DNA of 64,000 nucleotides, taken from the NCBI GenBank assembly GCA_963693365.1, contig CAVNZM010000016.1, positions 3,251,957-3,315,956 of the forward strand. Reading direction: 5' to 3'. The DNA is from Amoebidium appalachense (Eukaryota; Protista; Ichthyosporea). A program made the translations under genes and the position numbers. Every line of letters starts with the position of its first letter. Within the stretch, counting starts at the first letter, position 1. Below, piece after piece: positions 12,534 to 29,376 of this stretch. The notes below the pieces were generated by a model, which was given only the letters and a program-made list of their open reading frames with translations, had not been told where the DNA came from and searched no databases.

Positions 12534-13632
12534 ATGGGAAGAGCAAAATGTCCAGTTCCCATGTATGAAGGAGAAGGCAAGGGCAAAATCTCCTACTCAA
12601 TGTGGGCCATGCGCATGAAGTGCTTCCTCGAGGGCGAGGAATTATGGTACACGATTGAAGACGTGGCTCCTGAAGTGATAGGAGAGGACGGCGAACCGGT
12701 GGAGCAACCTCCGGTGGAGATCGACCCCTTGGATCAGAAGAAGGCGACTTCCTACCTGGTGGAGACACTAGGTGATGTACCTGCAAGCCTGTGTCGGCGA
12801 GCTATTGCCGTAGGAAATCCCAAGGACATATGGGATACGGTAGCATCATACGCTGCGCGCAACACAGATGAGCACAAGAGAATGTTGATTCAACAGTTCT
12901 GGCGTGCTGAGATGATGCCGACGGAAAGCGTGCTGGAGTATGCGGCCCGTCTGGAGTGCATTGTGCAGGATCTTCTTCATATCGATCCCAATGGAGTTAG
13001 TGAGGACATGGTTGCCGAGAAATTCCTGGACGGTGTAGGCGCTGACGACCGATTCCGCACCGACGTTAGGACCATTCAAGCTTTACCAGCAGCTGAGAAG
13101 ACAATGGAAAAGATAATCGCCAAGCTGCGTGGTTTTGAGGAGAACGAGGCTGCAAGGGAACAGCAGCGGGTGATGATGACCAGCACCCAATGGCGCGGCG
13201 GTACGCCACGACAGGACACCGGCAAGCCGCGCGTGACTGACATATCCAAGGTGGAGTGTTACAAATGTCACAAGTTTGGGCACTACAAGTCACAGTGTCC
13301 AAAGAAGAAGAAGGGCGGCAATCGCGGCGACAAGGCGAAGCAGAACGGAGCTTCCAAGGAGATACTCGCCATGGCGGTAAACAGCGGACTCCCTTCTTCA
13401 ACTGAGTGGTATTGGGACTGCGGCGCAACCTCCCATGTCACATGCCGAAAGGACTGGATGGAAGACTTCCGGTCGATCACACCCAAACCCGTCGCTCTGG
13501 GTAACACCCCGGGTGTGATGGCGCTAGGAATAGGCGTCGTAAGATTAACAAGTGAGTTCCAGGGCAACAGCATGACATTTAGACTGCAGAATGTGCTGTA
13601 CGTGCCAGCATTTGGAACTAACGTGATGTCGG
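12534..13632 (+). pseudogene. gag: Copia-A gag-protease (5' part of polyprotein)
   Basis: CYKCHKFGHYKSQC zinc knuckle, WYWDCGATSH protease motif and LQNVLYVP. Cut by the Gypsy-1 insertion. Confidence 0.92.
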
Positions 13633-14608
13633 TGTCGTATCCTAATATATGTGTACTAGAGACGCGGCACTCTACTAAGTGTACACACACGAAAAGGAAC
13701 GAACGTGTATAGAAAAACGGTAAAGTTTATTAAGACCAGGCTCCGACGGGCAAACTTAGATCCGTACGGATTAAGTCTAAGTTACGACTGAGGCCATCAA
13801 GGCCGTGCCCTACAAGATCATCATCACCTGGCCCCCTACGATGCCACATTCCATTAACATTCCGATCTACTTTTATCGTGCGCCTGCACGAGCTAAGTCG
13901 ATCTACTCAACTAATATATTTATCCAAGTCTCACCCCTCACCCTCCCCCTAGTGGCACCGCAGAGTCTAAATCTACATTTCATACTATCCTCCCCCCCCC
14001 TCCCTCCCCCCCTTTCCTCTACATCTACATATATAAATACGTTTGGCAACATATACTATCAAACCTTGCCGATCCTTACAAAAGGGCTTCTGCCCGAACA
14101 ATCACATTCCTAAGTCCTCCTACGATCTATCCTACACACTAATTAGAATTCTATTGGACGGCTGTCCCGGCTGACGTGGTCCAATGCCCTGCGCCGGCAG
14201 AGGCAAGATGCACGCAGCTGTTCAGCTATCTTGAGGCCCCGGACTTGATCTTGATGATCTGTGGACCCGGGCCACCCCCCCCCCCCCCCCCCGATCTCGA
14301 TCGTAGACTTAGGCTAATCTGCTGAGACGGATTAGTATATGTCAACTCCCCCCCGGCCCCCGGAAAAGCTGAGTCCCACCTCAGTCACATTACATCTAAC
14401 ACCCCCTAAAAAGACATAGACTAATCAGTCTCCTAAAAAAATTAAATTAAATGAATGACGAAGAAAAATAATAAATTAATCTACACCATAAGCTTGATAC
14501 CTACGGAGACACCTATGATAATAAATTAAATTCCTACGACTACGTTCACACTCCTCCTCGGTCTCCTCCCCCCCTCCCCCTCCCCCCGTGTGTCTACGTG
14601 TATTTGCA

Positions 14609-17600
14609 TCACTCCCCCCCGGTCCCCTCCCCCACCGACTTTTTCACACCACGATTAAACTGAGGAATAACTCTCTTTGGCCTAGAGGGAGCACTAGGCA
14701 ACTCCCTCTGCACTAATCTAGCCTCATAAGCACGAATAGAAAACGGGCAATCCAAATGAAACTCAGGCAACCACTGATCTTCCTGATAACCTCCCTCAAA
14801 ACGAATTAAATAATAATTTACCTTACCTTCCTTACCTTCGATAACCTTTTTATCCATAATTTTATCTACTGCAGCCTCCGATACATCCACCGACCCGTCA
14901 TAGTCGGGGGTGAATGCATCTAACACTCGACGGCCCTCCGGCCGTTTAACCCTAAGGGCCCTATCATAATATTCCTTTATATCATCTACATTATAAAATC
15001 TAACATCACTCTCATTATCTAACCTCTGCACCTTATATTCCGTCGGACCTAACCTAGCCACTATTTTATACGGGCCAATGAAAAGAGGCAACCATTTCTT
15101 ACCATACTTACGAAGACCTTCACCTTCACCCTTACCTTCCTGCTCCTGCTTATATCTCTTTTTCCTAGTATGATCCCTAATTAAAACTAAAGTACCCTCG
15201 GCAAATTCACGTAACGGACGTGTGGACACGTCTGCACGTGTCTGTGCCTGCTGTGTACGGGCCAGAGCTGCATCACGTGCAGCCCGGGCCCGGGTTAGTA
15301 GCTGCTCCCGGAACTCAGTCCAGTGGGGATAAGTTAGTCGGTCAGCCCCCCCCATCGGCAAAAGTGCCGTATCTAACAAACTAATAGCCTCCTGCCCATA
15401 GACCAAATAAAACGGAGAAAAACCAGTCACAGCATGAGGGGTAGAATTATATGAATGAGCAATAAACCTAGACATATGATCCCAATCATTAGCCTCCACA
15501 TCCACCATTTTGCCAAAGGACTTCTGAAACACTGCATGCACACGTTCAGAGATGGCATTTGCTTGAGGGTGATATGCAGACGTAGTGATATGAGCTACCC
15601 TTAAAATTTTACACACCTCCGACACCAACTGATTTAAAAACACACGACTCCTATCCGTTAACAAAACACGAGGACAACCAAACCTAAGACAAATTTCATC
15701 CACAAAAATACGAGCAAACAAAACGGCATTAGCAGTGGGGAGAGGAAAAACTTCAACCCAACGAGTGGCCACATCGGTGACGGTAACAAGAACAGTGTTA
15801 CCCTCAACCGTAGAATTAAAAGGACCGACCACATCCACGGCTACCCTTTCAAACATACGAACATTAAAATCCCTAATAAACGACGGGCGGGAACGAGAGT
15901 GGGGACTCTCATTCTTTTCCTGACAATGCATGCATGACAACACATAATCCCTCACCTCCCTACTCATACCCGGCCAAAAATACGAACGATTAACACGAAG
16001 CAACGTCCTATTTACACCTAAATGACCAGCCATGGGATGCTCATGCACCATATGCAAAACCTCAGGCACAAGTGCCGTCGGGACCCAAACTCGGTGTCCG
16101 TCTGGCCCAGAACAATGATAAACTAAATCCTGCTCTACCTGACACATTTTTGCTAATTTAGCTACCTTAATCATCTGCCTTTTATTTTTAAATTTAATCG
16201 AATCAACCGGCCCCTTTAAATAATTCTTAACCAGACCAATCAACACATCTTCCTCCTGCGCTAAGATCAAAGCCGTAGGTGCTAAGGCAGGGGCCGAGCC
16301 ATGAGACTCGGTCCCGACCTCAGACACTGACAAATACCGCCCCCCCCCCTCCCCTACACTTATAAGCAAGCAACCCCGGAGCCCAAGAAGAAACATCAAC
16401 AGACACAGCATCTATTCCTTTCTGCTCACTCTCCCCCCCTTCCCCCCTCCCCCCCCGTCTCTCACTAGCCCCCCCCTCCCCCTCCTTCTCTTCTTCAAAC
16501 AAAATATAAGCAGCACGAGAGAGAGCATCACAGTCAACCATTGTTTCACCCTTGGCATAAAACAATTTATAGGAGAACTCACCGAGAGCCGCGGCCCACT
16601 TCTGCATCCTCTCGTTGACCAGACGAGTGGTGCCGGCCATGGCTAGGCAGGGCTTGTGGTCGGTGTAGACCTCAAACGTCCTGCCTGCGAGTATATACCT
16701 CCATGCCTGTGAGACTGCCCAAAAGATAGCATGGGACTCTCTCTCCGGATTGCTATATCTACGTTCACTTTTACTAAATGAACGACTAGCATAAGCAATC
16801 ACTCTATCCTGCCCCTCCTGCACTTGATATAACACGGCCCCCTCAGCAACCTTACTTGCATCACACCGAACTTTAAACATCCCCCCCCCGGCCGAAAAAT
16901 CAGGATGAACAAGCATACTCGAAGACTGCAAACTTTAAGCTAACTTAAGCTTTTCGAAAGCAGAAACAGCATCAGCATTCCAATCAATTCTATTCTTCTT
17001 CTCCCCCCCCGTCTGACTAGTTAACGGCAAAGCAAGCATACTATAATCCTTAATATAACGACGAAGATAATTAGTTAAACCTAAAAATTGCCTTAGTTGA
17101 GTGACAGTCTGAGGACGGGGCCACTCAACTATGGCCCGGATTTTCTCCGGATCAGGGGCAAGACCATTACTAGACACAATATGACCTAAAAACTTAACCT
17201 CCGGCACACCAATCACAGTCTTGCTACCGCTAATACGAAGACCAGACTCACCCAAAGCTAAAAATACTTTTTCACAATTATTAACTAACTCCTCAAATGA
17301 CCTACCTTTAAGTAAAACATCATCCAAATAAGGGTGGCATACATCCAAATGAGGGTGGAGAATTTTATACATTACCCGGCACAACATAGCTGGAGAGGAG
17401 AGCAAACCCATCGGCACCACCTTGTACTGGAACAGCTGGTCACCCAGTGCAAAGGCAGTCTTCTCCTTGCTGCTCTCCTCCAACCTTATCTGCCAAAAAG
17501 CTGCTTTTAAATCAAGTTTAGCAAAGTGAGTATAGCCGTGCAGCTGTGAAAGCTGCTCGTCTATGTTAGGGAGAGGCCATTGGTCTGCCTTAGTGATCCG

Positions 17601-19633
17601 ATTCAGAGCCCTGTAATCGTTCACTAGACGCCAAGACCCGTCGGGCTTCTTAACCAATAGCACCGGACTTCTCCACGGACTCGAACTATGCTCCACATGA
17701 CCCTTTTTTAACATATCACTCACTATTATTAGCGCATCCGACAATTTATACTGCTCCATTCTATAGCTAGGCATCACTACCGGCCTATTATCACCTGTGT
17801 CGATCTGCATTTCAAACCCTTTAACGAAGCCTACTTCGTTATCATCGGCCAGAAATGCAAACCGAGTCCTATCAAATAACTTCGCTAGCAATTTTTTCTG
17901 TTCTACCGTCCAATCCCCCTCCTTCATACCAAACGGCAATACTAACTCCGGGTTACCCCCATCACAAGTGGATGCATCCTTATTCACCGGAGTGCCACTT
18001 AACATTTCACCTCCTGTATTACATCGGTGCTGCTCGGGGTGAGGGTGAGGTACCTCCGGATATAGGCGGTCACCCTTAGCACCCCCCTCCCCCCGGCACA
18101 CCAATGCCCCCGGGCAATTCCTGATGAGTTAGTGCATGTATGTGGGGGGCCAGGTCTGTGGCCACCCTGCCCCCCACGGTGTTGGTTAACCCGTCAGATC
18201 CCCGGGTTAGACCAACACCCTCCCCCCTGCCTGCACATTCTCACACCCGGGGTGACCCTCCTTCCTCTTGGGGGTCGGGGGAGTGGGACCGGTGCTGTCC
18301 CGGTCCCCCCCCCCCCATCGTGTCGGGTGACATTTTGGTGGCTAACGTTAAATAAAGTTGTTCCCCCTCCTCCTGAGTCACCCTTCGAGCCGGCATCCTC
18401 CTTTTGGGTAATAAGAGAGACCTCTATACTACCAATCTCATTAGTGAAACTACCGACGGAAACACCTGACCTAATCACTATAGGCTCGATGCCCGGATTC
18501 ACTAATTCTATTTCTATTGTCTTATCCGGCCATACCCTACTAAGGGTCCATTGGGCCACCTCCTGAAATGGGGTTTTCGGAGTAAAAACCCCTAAATCCC
18601 CTATCCTAACATGATTGCCGGCCCGGACACGTACCGTTTGGCACTGATAAGGCTCGATTACTACTTCAGCTACCGTTCTAGCACCAGACTGATAACCGTC
18701 GAGCCCATCATGGGTTTTAATTTTAACGCCGGACTGCAATTCTAAAACATTCGTACGTTCAAACAAAGCATTCACATGTCTACAGAAAAATGGGGCTCCC
18801 AACAAAACACTTTGAGCTAAATCCTTAACCACATAACAAGCAACATGCATAGCCTGGCCACCTATCTCACACGGCAACACACAAACACCTTCCACAGACA
18901 TACTACTATTATTAGCACTACCTAAGGCTGTGCTAGAAGCATCTAAAATAGGAATTTCCCCCCCGGCCTGATTAAAACGACGAATAAACGAAGCATGCAC
19001 ACAATTAACCTGAGCCCCTCCATCGAGCAAAGCAACCGCCTTCAACTTACCATCAGCTAACCATACGTCTATATAATGCCGGCTAAAACCAACTAAATCC
19101 TCCTCCAATTCAAGCAACACATCCTCACTCACACCCAATCCCTGCCCACGAAGACTCACACCCTCGATACCTACGTGCAACATACCTACCTGTGGTGCCT
19201 GCACGGGTGGGGTGGGGTGTGTATGTGATGTGGGTGGTGGTGGAGTGTGTGTGTGTGGTGTGTGGGTGGGTGGTGTGTGTGTGTTTAGTGTATGTGTGGG
19301 TGTGTGTGTGGGTGTAGGTGTGTCTGCAACCGTCGTATGTTGTTGTGGTGGTGTGTTTCTATGTGTCTGTGCCTTCCCCCCCCTTCCCCCTTTACTCGTG
19401 TGTGTCCCCCCCCCTCCCGGAAACAATGGCACAGAAACCCCCTCCGGTGTGGTTAGAACAAACACCGGGTTGGGACAAGAAACACTGAGACCATCCACTT
19501 GTGGCTGGGGAACCTCCCCCAACCACAAAACATTCACACCATTCATACCTTTGGTAGAGTCACCCCACAAACATTCATGCCATACCACCTCGACGCTGTC
19601 TTGAGGACCCACGACGATGCCCGGCTCCCACAC
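14609..19633 (-). pseudogene. pol: Gypsy-1 pol (protease, RT, RNase H, integrase, chromodomain), disrupted
   Basis: LLDGGAQVN (PR); RLVNDYRALN, LDLKAAFWQI and YLDD (RT); CDAS and YTDHKP (RH); HPMAGHLG...CMHC, VAVDVVGP, LTDR and ISER (IN); YYLIRFEGG..EDQWLPE (chromo). In-frame TAA at 16935 and frameshifts near 18.1-18.3 kb and 16.4 kb. Confidence 0.93.
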
Positions 19634-19768
19634 GTATCGGGGCGGTGAGGGGGCAAAGGGAAGCTTAACCTGGGGTGGGGGAGGGTGAAGGTTCTCTGCA
19701 ACCTGGGGGGGACCGATACTGTCCCCCCCCCCTCCCTCAGTGACCCCAGCTTCCCCCTCCCCCGGAAC

Positions 19769-21103
19769 TCAATAGCTCTTGTAACTACGGCAATATGCAG
19801 CAGAGTGCCCTTGCCGGCCACAAAAGTAACATGCACCAAAGAAGGGGCCAGGGGGGACTTCAAAACCTTGGCGCAAAGCATAACCGGGAGCCCGGTCATG
19901 CTGGGGGGGCCCACCGTGTGCACCACGGCCCCCCCTTCCCCCCTGCCCCCCTCGGCCTCTCTCACCACCATTTCCACCCCTCCCTCTACCCTGCCCACCA
20001 CCACGAGCAAGATAAGGGGCAAACCTCTCGGTGAACTGCTGCTGTTGTCCTCCACGGCCACCTCGGCCACGACCGCCGTGTCCACCCCGGTCGCCGCCAC
20101 GGCCACCCCGGAAGCCGAAGCCCCCTCGGCCAGAGAAGACGGCCTGGGAGAGCTCGGCAACCTGCTTGACCAACATGGTGAGTGCATCTGGCTGTTCACC
20201 CTCTTTTTTCTCTTTTTCCCCCTTCGGTCCACTCTCCTTCTTTTTCTTGTCTACTTCCATCACCTCCTTTTTATCCCTCTTATTGAACTTCACCTCGTGC
20301 ATGGCAAGCAAGTGACGTTTAACATGCAACACCACCTCATCTACATCATCATGCTCCCCAAACATGCGTGCAGTGTCTGTGTTTACAGAGAGAGCCTTAC
20401 GAGCAAACTCGAATTTTTCCCTATCACTCACGTCACCAGCTAACTCACAAAGGTCTTCAAAGACCCGATATTCCCTCTCAAAGAATGCACGAGCTTCTAC
20501 GGGGGACATATCTAAAGTGGGAAAGGTATACTTCCATTCTCTGAGCTGGGCCCGGAAGGTACGGCGCCGGTCGGCCGTCAGGTATCGGCCGACGAGCCGG
20601 GCCGTATACTCGAGCTCGTTTTCCGGCCGTGTGAAGGCCTCGAGCTCCCCGTCCACGTCGTCGGTGCTGTTCTCGTCCTCGTCGTCGGGGATGAACCGTG
20701 CGGCCAGACGTTTCTGGCCGAGTGTCCGGGACACCATCTCGTCCCTCCCCTCGTCGTACTGCTGCTCGTATATACGAGCCGTCACCTGGGGGGCCTGCTC
20801 GGCCCGGTACGGGTGCTCCTCCATCAGGGTGCATAAGTCGGCCATTGTTTTGTGGTCGATGCACTGTTTGATCATTAAGCACGAGGCCGCCACAGTGGGG
20901 GCCTTCTTTGTGTCTAACACTAGTGTGGGTGTGTTAGCTAGGAGTGTCCTAAGCCACCTAGGGATTTCCGAGTCGTGTTTGAGTGTAAAACTGAAAGCTG
21001 TGGTCTGTCTAACGTCTAGTGTATGAACCTGTGGTACCTGTGTGTGCAGGGAGCTATCCTCCGCTGCCAATGCGTAGAACATGTCTACGTTAAACTTAGC
21101 CAT
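19769..21103 (-). CDS. gag: Gypsy-1 Gag with RGG-rich region and CCHC knuckle
   Basis: 444 aa ORF downstream of the 5' LTR, with CYFCGRQGHSAAYC. Confidence 0.88.
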   Translation of the reverse strand: MAKFNVDMFYALAAEDSSLHTQVPQVHTLDVRQTTAFSFTLKHDSEIPRWLRTLLANTPTLVLDTKKAPTVAASCLMIKQCIDHKTMADLCTLMEEHPYRAEQAPQVTARIYEQQYDEGRDEMVSRTLGQKRLAARFIPDDEDENSTDDVDGELEAFTRPENELEYTARLVGRYLTADRRRTFRAQLREWKYTFPTLDMSPVEARAFFEREYRVFEDLCELAGDVSDREKFEFARKALSVNTDTARMFGEHDDVDEVVLHVKRHLLAMHEVKFNKRDKKEVMEVDKKKKESGPKGEKEKKEGEQPDALTMLVKQVAELSQAVFSGRGGFGFRGGRGGDRGGHGGRGRGGRGGQQQQFTERFAPYLARGGGQGRGRGGNGGERGRGGQGGRGGRGAHGGPPQHDRAPGYALRQGFEVPPGPFFGACYFCGRQGHSAAYCRSYKSY

Positions 21104-21976
21104 TGTGTGGTGTGTGCCCTAACTCGTGTGGTTGTGTTTATGTTTTTTTTTTTTTTTTTTTTTTTTTTTTTCTGTGTGTTTGAGGTGTAGCAACAGCCCA
21201 GAAGGAACTGTCACCGCGTTACCCTAGCGCGAAAAACCGCACTAAAAGAAAGGTGTAGCTTGTCGTATCCTAATATATGTGTACTAGAGACGCGGCACTC
21301 TACTAAGTGTACACACACGAAAAGGAACGAACGTGTATAGAAAAACGGTAAAGTTTATTAAGACCAGGCTCCGACGGGCAAACTTAGATCCGTACGGATT
21401 AAGTCTAAGTTACGACTGAGGCCATCAAGGCCGTGCCCTACAAGATCATCATCACCTGGCCCCCTACGATGCCACATTCCATTAACATTCCGATCTACTT
21501 TTATCGTGCGCCTGCACGAGCTAAGTCGATCTACTCAACTAATATATTTATCCAAGTCTCACCCCTCACCCTCCCCCTAGTGGCACCGCAGAGTCTAAAT
21601 CTACATTTCATACTATCCTCCCCCCCCTCCCTCCCCCCCTTTCCTCTACATCTACATATATAAATACGTTTGGCAACATATACTATCAAACCTTGCCAAT
21701 CCTTACAAAAGGGCTTCTGCCCGAACAATCACATTCCTAAGTCCTCCTACGATCTATCCTACACACTAATTAGAATTCTATTGGACGGCTGTCCCGGCTG
21801 ACGTGGTCCAATGCCCTGCGCCGGCAGAGGCAAGATGCACGCAGCTGTTCAGCTATCTTGAGGCCCCGGACTTGATCTTGATGATCTGTGGACCCGGGCC
21901 ACCCCCCCCCCCCCCCCCCGATCTCGATCGTAGACTTAGGCTAATCTGCTGAGACGGATTAGTATATGTCAGTCGG

Positions 21977-23656
21977 CTTCAAGCGCCGGCAAGCACGGGT
22001 TAAGAGGCATCACCGACGGTCGACAGTGTACGATTGAGAGTGCCACAGATGGCCAAGTTGTGGCCCGTGGGGTAGTGGAGGGAGGCCTGTATCGTCTCCT
22101 AGTGAAACCCGTATGTGAGAGCGTGAACATGGTGACCACTGCAGTCGGCAGCAGTGGGGGTAACACCGTGTGTGAGCCGGTAAAGGGCAGCGCCAGTTTA
22201 TGGCACCGGCGGTTTGGTCATGTGGCAATAAACACGCTACAGAAAATGGTTAAAGAAAACATCGTCGAGGGTCTGTGCATCGACTGCAAACCCCAGGATG
22301 ACGGTGTGTGCGAGGGATGCGCGAGAGGGAAGCAAGCCCGGCTCTCTTTCAGTAAGCTACCCCGCAAGACAGCGCCAGCGAAGCTCGACAGAGTTCATTC
22401 TGATGTGGCAGGACCGTTCAACAAGGAGTCGCTGCAAGGTTCCAAGTATTATGTCACCTTCATCGACGACAAGACAAGGTTCACTACGGTGTACTTCATG
22501 AAACATAAATCCCAAGTGCATACTTACTTCAAGAAGTACAAGGCACACGTAGAGAAGCAACACGGTGCCAGCATCAAGATTCTGCGTTCCGACAACGGGG
22601 GTGAGTACACCTCCACTGAGTTCAAGTCGTTCCTGGAAGCATGCGGCATTGAACATGAGGCGACAGTCCCTTACACACCAGAGCAGAATGGTGTAGCAGA
22701 GAGGGCTAACAGGACCATTGTCGAGACGGCGCGCTGCATGCTGCAGTCAGCAGGCATGAGTATGGGGTTCTGGCAGCTGGCAGTACAGGCAGCTGTGTAC
22801 ATCAAGAACCTGACGCCAACCACAGTACTGGGTGGCATGACACCTTGGGAGGCATGGTATGGAGAGAAGCCCGATGTTAGCCATCTACGTGTATTTGGTA
22901 GCAAGGCATTTGTCCATGTGCCGAAGGACGAGCGCAGGAAGCTAGACGCCAAGAGTCGGGAGTGTAAATTCGTCGGCTACACAGGTGACAGCAAGACGTA
23001 CTTGTTGTGGGACACCGAGGCGCGCAAGACTATCGTCGGGCGAGATGTGGTGATCGATGAATCATGCACCCCAAAGGCCGGTATTCCGGTGGTGCAAGAT
23101 GAGCCAATGGAATTGCTGATGCATAAGCCAATCGGAAATCAGCAGAGCTTGGAATCGAGGAATCCAATCAGCGTCAAGAAGCAACATTCCTTTCGGAAGC
23201 CTGCAATCGGCACTGACAGTGGATATGATTCAGATGCTATCGGCGACGGCGCGGGCGAGGACAGCGGCGATTCGGACGCGGCAGGGTCAGGAGACGAGGA
23301 AGATAGTGCAGAGTTGCAGGTTGCAACCAGAAGTGCCTATCCGTCTATGACTACAAGGCGCGGTGGGACCTACGGCATCAACGCAGGTGTAGTAGAGTAC
23401 CGCGACAGTATCAGCATGGCAATTGAGAGTGCTGATAGATTAATGAGGATGACCCTGTGACACTGGAAGAAGCAATCTCCAGGCCAGCATCAAACACATC
23501 GACGTTCAGTACCACTACACCCGTGAGTGTGTGGAGAATGGGGATGTAGAACTTGTGTATTGCAGCACGAACAGTAACGTGGCCGACATGTGCACCAAAG
23601 CTTTAGGGAGACTTAAGTTAGTGCAGCATCGGCAGGCCATCGGCATGGCTGAGTAA
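21977..23656 (+). pseudogene. pol: Copia-A integrase joined by internal deletion to RNase H C-terminus (RT lost)
   Basis: LWHRRFGH, CEGC, VHSDVAGP, LRSDNGGEY and QNGVAER. Near 23490 the sequence jumps from the pre-RT TLEEAIS motif straight to KHIDVQYH. Confidence 0.92.
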
Positions 23657-24100
23657 GAACTACAATTAGTGTAGTGTTAATGTTCGTGTAGTAGGTGTTA
23701 TATGTGTTAGTATAGTAGCATAGTTTTAGAGTTGCATCTTAGGTTTAGGTTGCATGCGGTACATAGATAGAACACAGTGCAAGTGGGGGTGTCGAACAGG
23801 ATAGCCATCCGGTATGCCCTGCGTTAGCGTAGCACTAGTGATCGGGAATATTCGAGATATTCGGGATAAACTGGTGGATAGGTTCACGATAGATCAGGAT
23901 AGATCTAGAAGAGTCTAGAAGATTCTATTGGAGTGTTTTGATTGGTAGCGACTAGATCCATGGCGGCGGGTAGACCAATCGGGAATGGTATGTAACATTC
24001 CAGTGAGCCAGACCACAAGTATATAAAGGTCCCGGTGGGCCAGTCAATGTAAGTCAGCAAATAATAAAGTCTCACAGAGAAACCTCTAAGTTACACATAT

Positions 24101-25500
24101 GGATATCCATGCTGTACCTCCATTGAGCATCGTTGTGATATCACATATCTGGATATGCAATCAATGCTTATATGGATACATAATTGCACCTATAATGGCC
24201 ATTAAATACACATTAGATGCATATGAATGCAGACATCAAACGCCATCTGGTTGGTTCGGCATGTATTGGATATTAGGCAGATGCCCACAATGGATATCGA
24301 CGCTGGATATCCAATGATGGAATTTCAACTGCATTCCTCCGTTGGATAGCTATATGGATATGTAACATTCTGGATATCCATTTGGATGCTTAGCTGTATA
24401 TTAGACTGGATCAGTAACAACATATCCAATACATGACTGACATGGATATCCGATCAATATCCCCATACAGATATCAAGATATCCCTGTAGCAAGACATGC
24501 AATACACCTAACAAGTATATCCAATGGCGGTCTATAGTGGATGTCCATATTGGATATCCATTGATATATCCAGATGGATCGCTAATACATGTGCACTTGA
24601 TCCCAACGCTAATGAACAATGCATGCCCATATTGGATACGTTCAATGGATATCCATTCCGATATCCAGATACATACGCATTTGCTTGTCCACTAGACCCT
24701 CCTATAATAACCAAAGCATGACGATTCCACATATCCAATTAGATCACCAAATATGGCTCTGACGGTTATCCATATACACCCGCACGCTGATGTCCAATAG
24801 ACAATCATACTAAGACACAATGGATAGCTATACTGGTTATCTAGGCTCAACATCCATACAGATATCTTGATACACCTGCATTTGCCCATCCACTAGACCC
24901 TAATACTAATATCCAATGCATGACGAAAATACATATCACAATAGACCCCCATACCGATCTCCAACGGCTATCCATATGCACCCCTGCTTACCCATCCAAT
25001 ATATGTCGATATTCATATACAATGCATCACCATTCACAATATCTAAGCTTAATATCCAACATGATATGCGGATACATATACACCTACATATGCACTCGGC
25101 ACCTATGTTGATACCTAATGCATGAAAAACAAACATATCAAAGTAGATGCCCAACCTAATGCCTAACACTTAACAAACATACATGTTTTGGGATATCCAT
25201 TTACACCCGTATCTAATACTCAAAATATCACTATAACAGCTATCTGGGTTGATACCCATACAGATAGCCAGAGACATCTGTAGCTACATGTCTAGGGTAT
25301 ATCCACTGGATTAATTGCATAATTTTGGTACTGTATATCTGCAGCATATCTATTAGGGTGTATTTGATATGTAATAAGGCATTTCCGGATAAACATTATA
25401 CATCTTTACCGATCCATCGCATGACCATATGATGGCTAATGACCACATTGATAAATAAATTATGTCTGGTCTTATATCTATCACATAAGTAATACTTATC
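24101..25500. repeat. Field of degenerate palindromic TGGATATCCA motifs (continues 11958-12180 across Copia-A)
   Basis: Dozens of GGATAT/ATATCC variants in both orientations in non-coding DNA. Confidence 0.8.
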
Positions 25501-25625
25501 CACGGCACAAAGTTACACAACCACGTTATACTCGGTTCCACAAATCAAGGGGAAGAAATAGATAAAAAGAGGAAGAAAAAAAAAAGAAAAAATATAGATT
25601 AGTGACAAACACATACACACATGAG

Positions 25626-25698
<73 letters not shown>

Positions 25699-25700
25699 AG

Positions 25701-25811
<111 letters not shown>

Positions 25812-25839
25812 GTCACCCACAAACACACACACACATGAG

Positions 25840-25887
<48 letters not shown>

Positions 25888-25918
25888 GGGGGGGGGGGTA
25901 ACAAAAAAAAAAAGTAAC

Positions 25919-29231
<3,313 letters not shown>

Positions 29232-29309
29232 CTGCGCGTAGAAGTTGTATCCGGTGTCTACCTTGTACATGTGCAAACGCACGTGCTCGTTGGGGGTCGG
29301 ACACACACG

Positions 29310-29361
<52 letters not shown>

Positions 29362-29376
29362 GGGGGGGTTGGGGGA

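Larger units (their letters stand above)
13633..21971 (-). mobile_element. Gypsy-1 full-length chromodomain LTR retrotransposon (LTRs 13633-14344 and 21261-21971)
   Basis: Near-identical ~712-bp TG..CA LTRs, TSD GTCGG (13628-13632 / 21972-21976), PPT next to 14345, and domain order gag-PR-RT-RH-IN-chromo. Confidence 0.97.
12181..24095 (+). mobile_element. Copia-A LTR retrotransposon (LTRs 12181-12486 and 23790-24095), RT deleted, interrupted by Gypsy-1
   Basis: Near-identical 306-bp LTRs, TSD CATAT (12176-12180 / 24096-24100), PBS GGTTACGGACCCAG and PPT AAGTGGGGG. Confidence 0.96.

Noticed and set aside
13805-14113. ORF repeated at 21433-21663
   Set aside because: Lies within the Gypsy-1 LTRs, antisense to the element, and changes frame with poly-C length; no motif.
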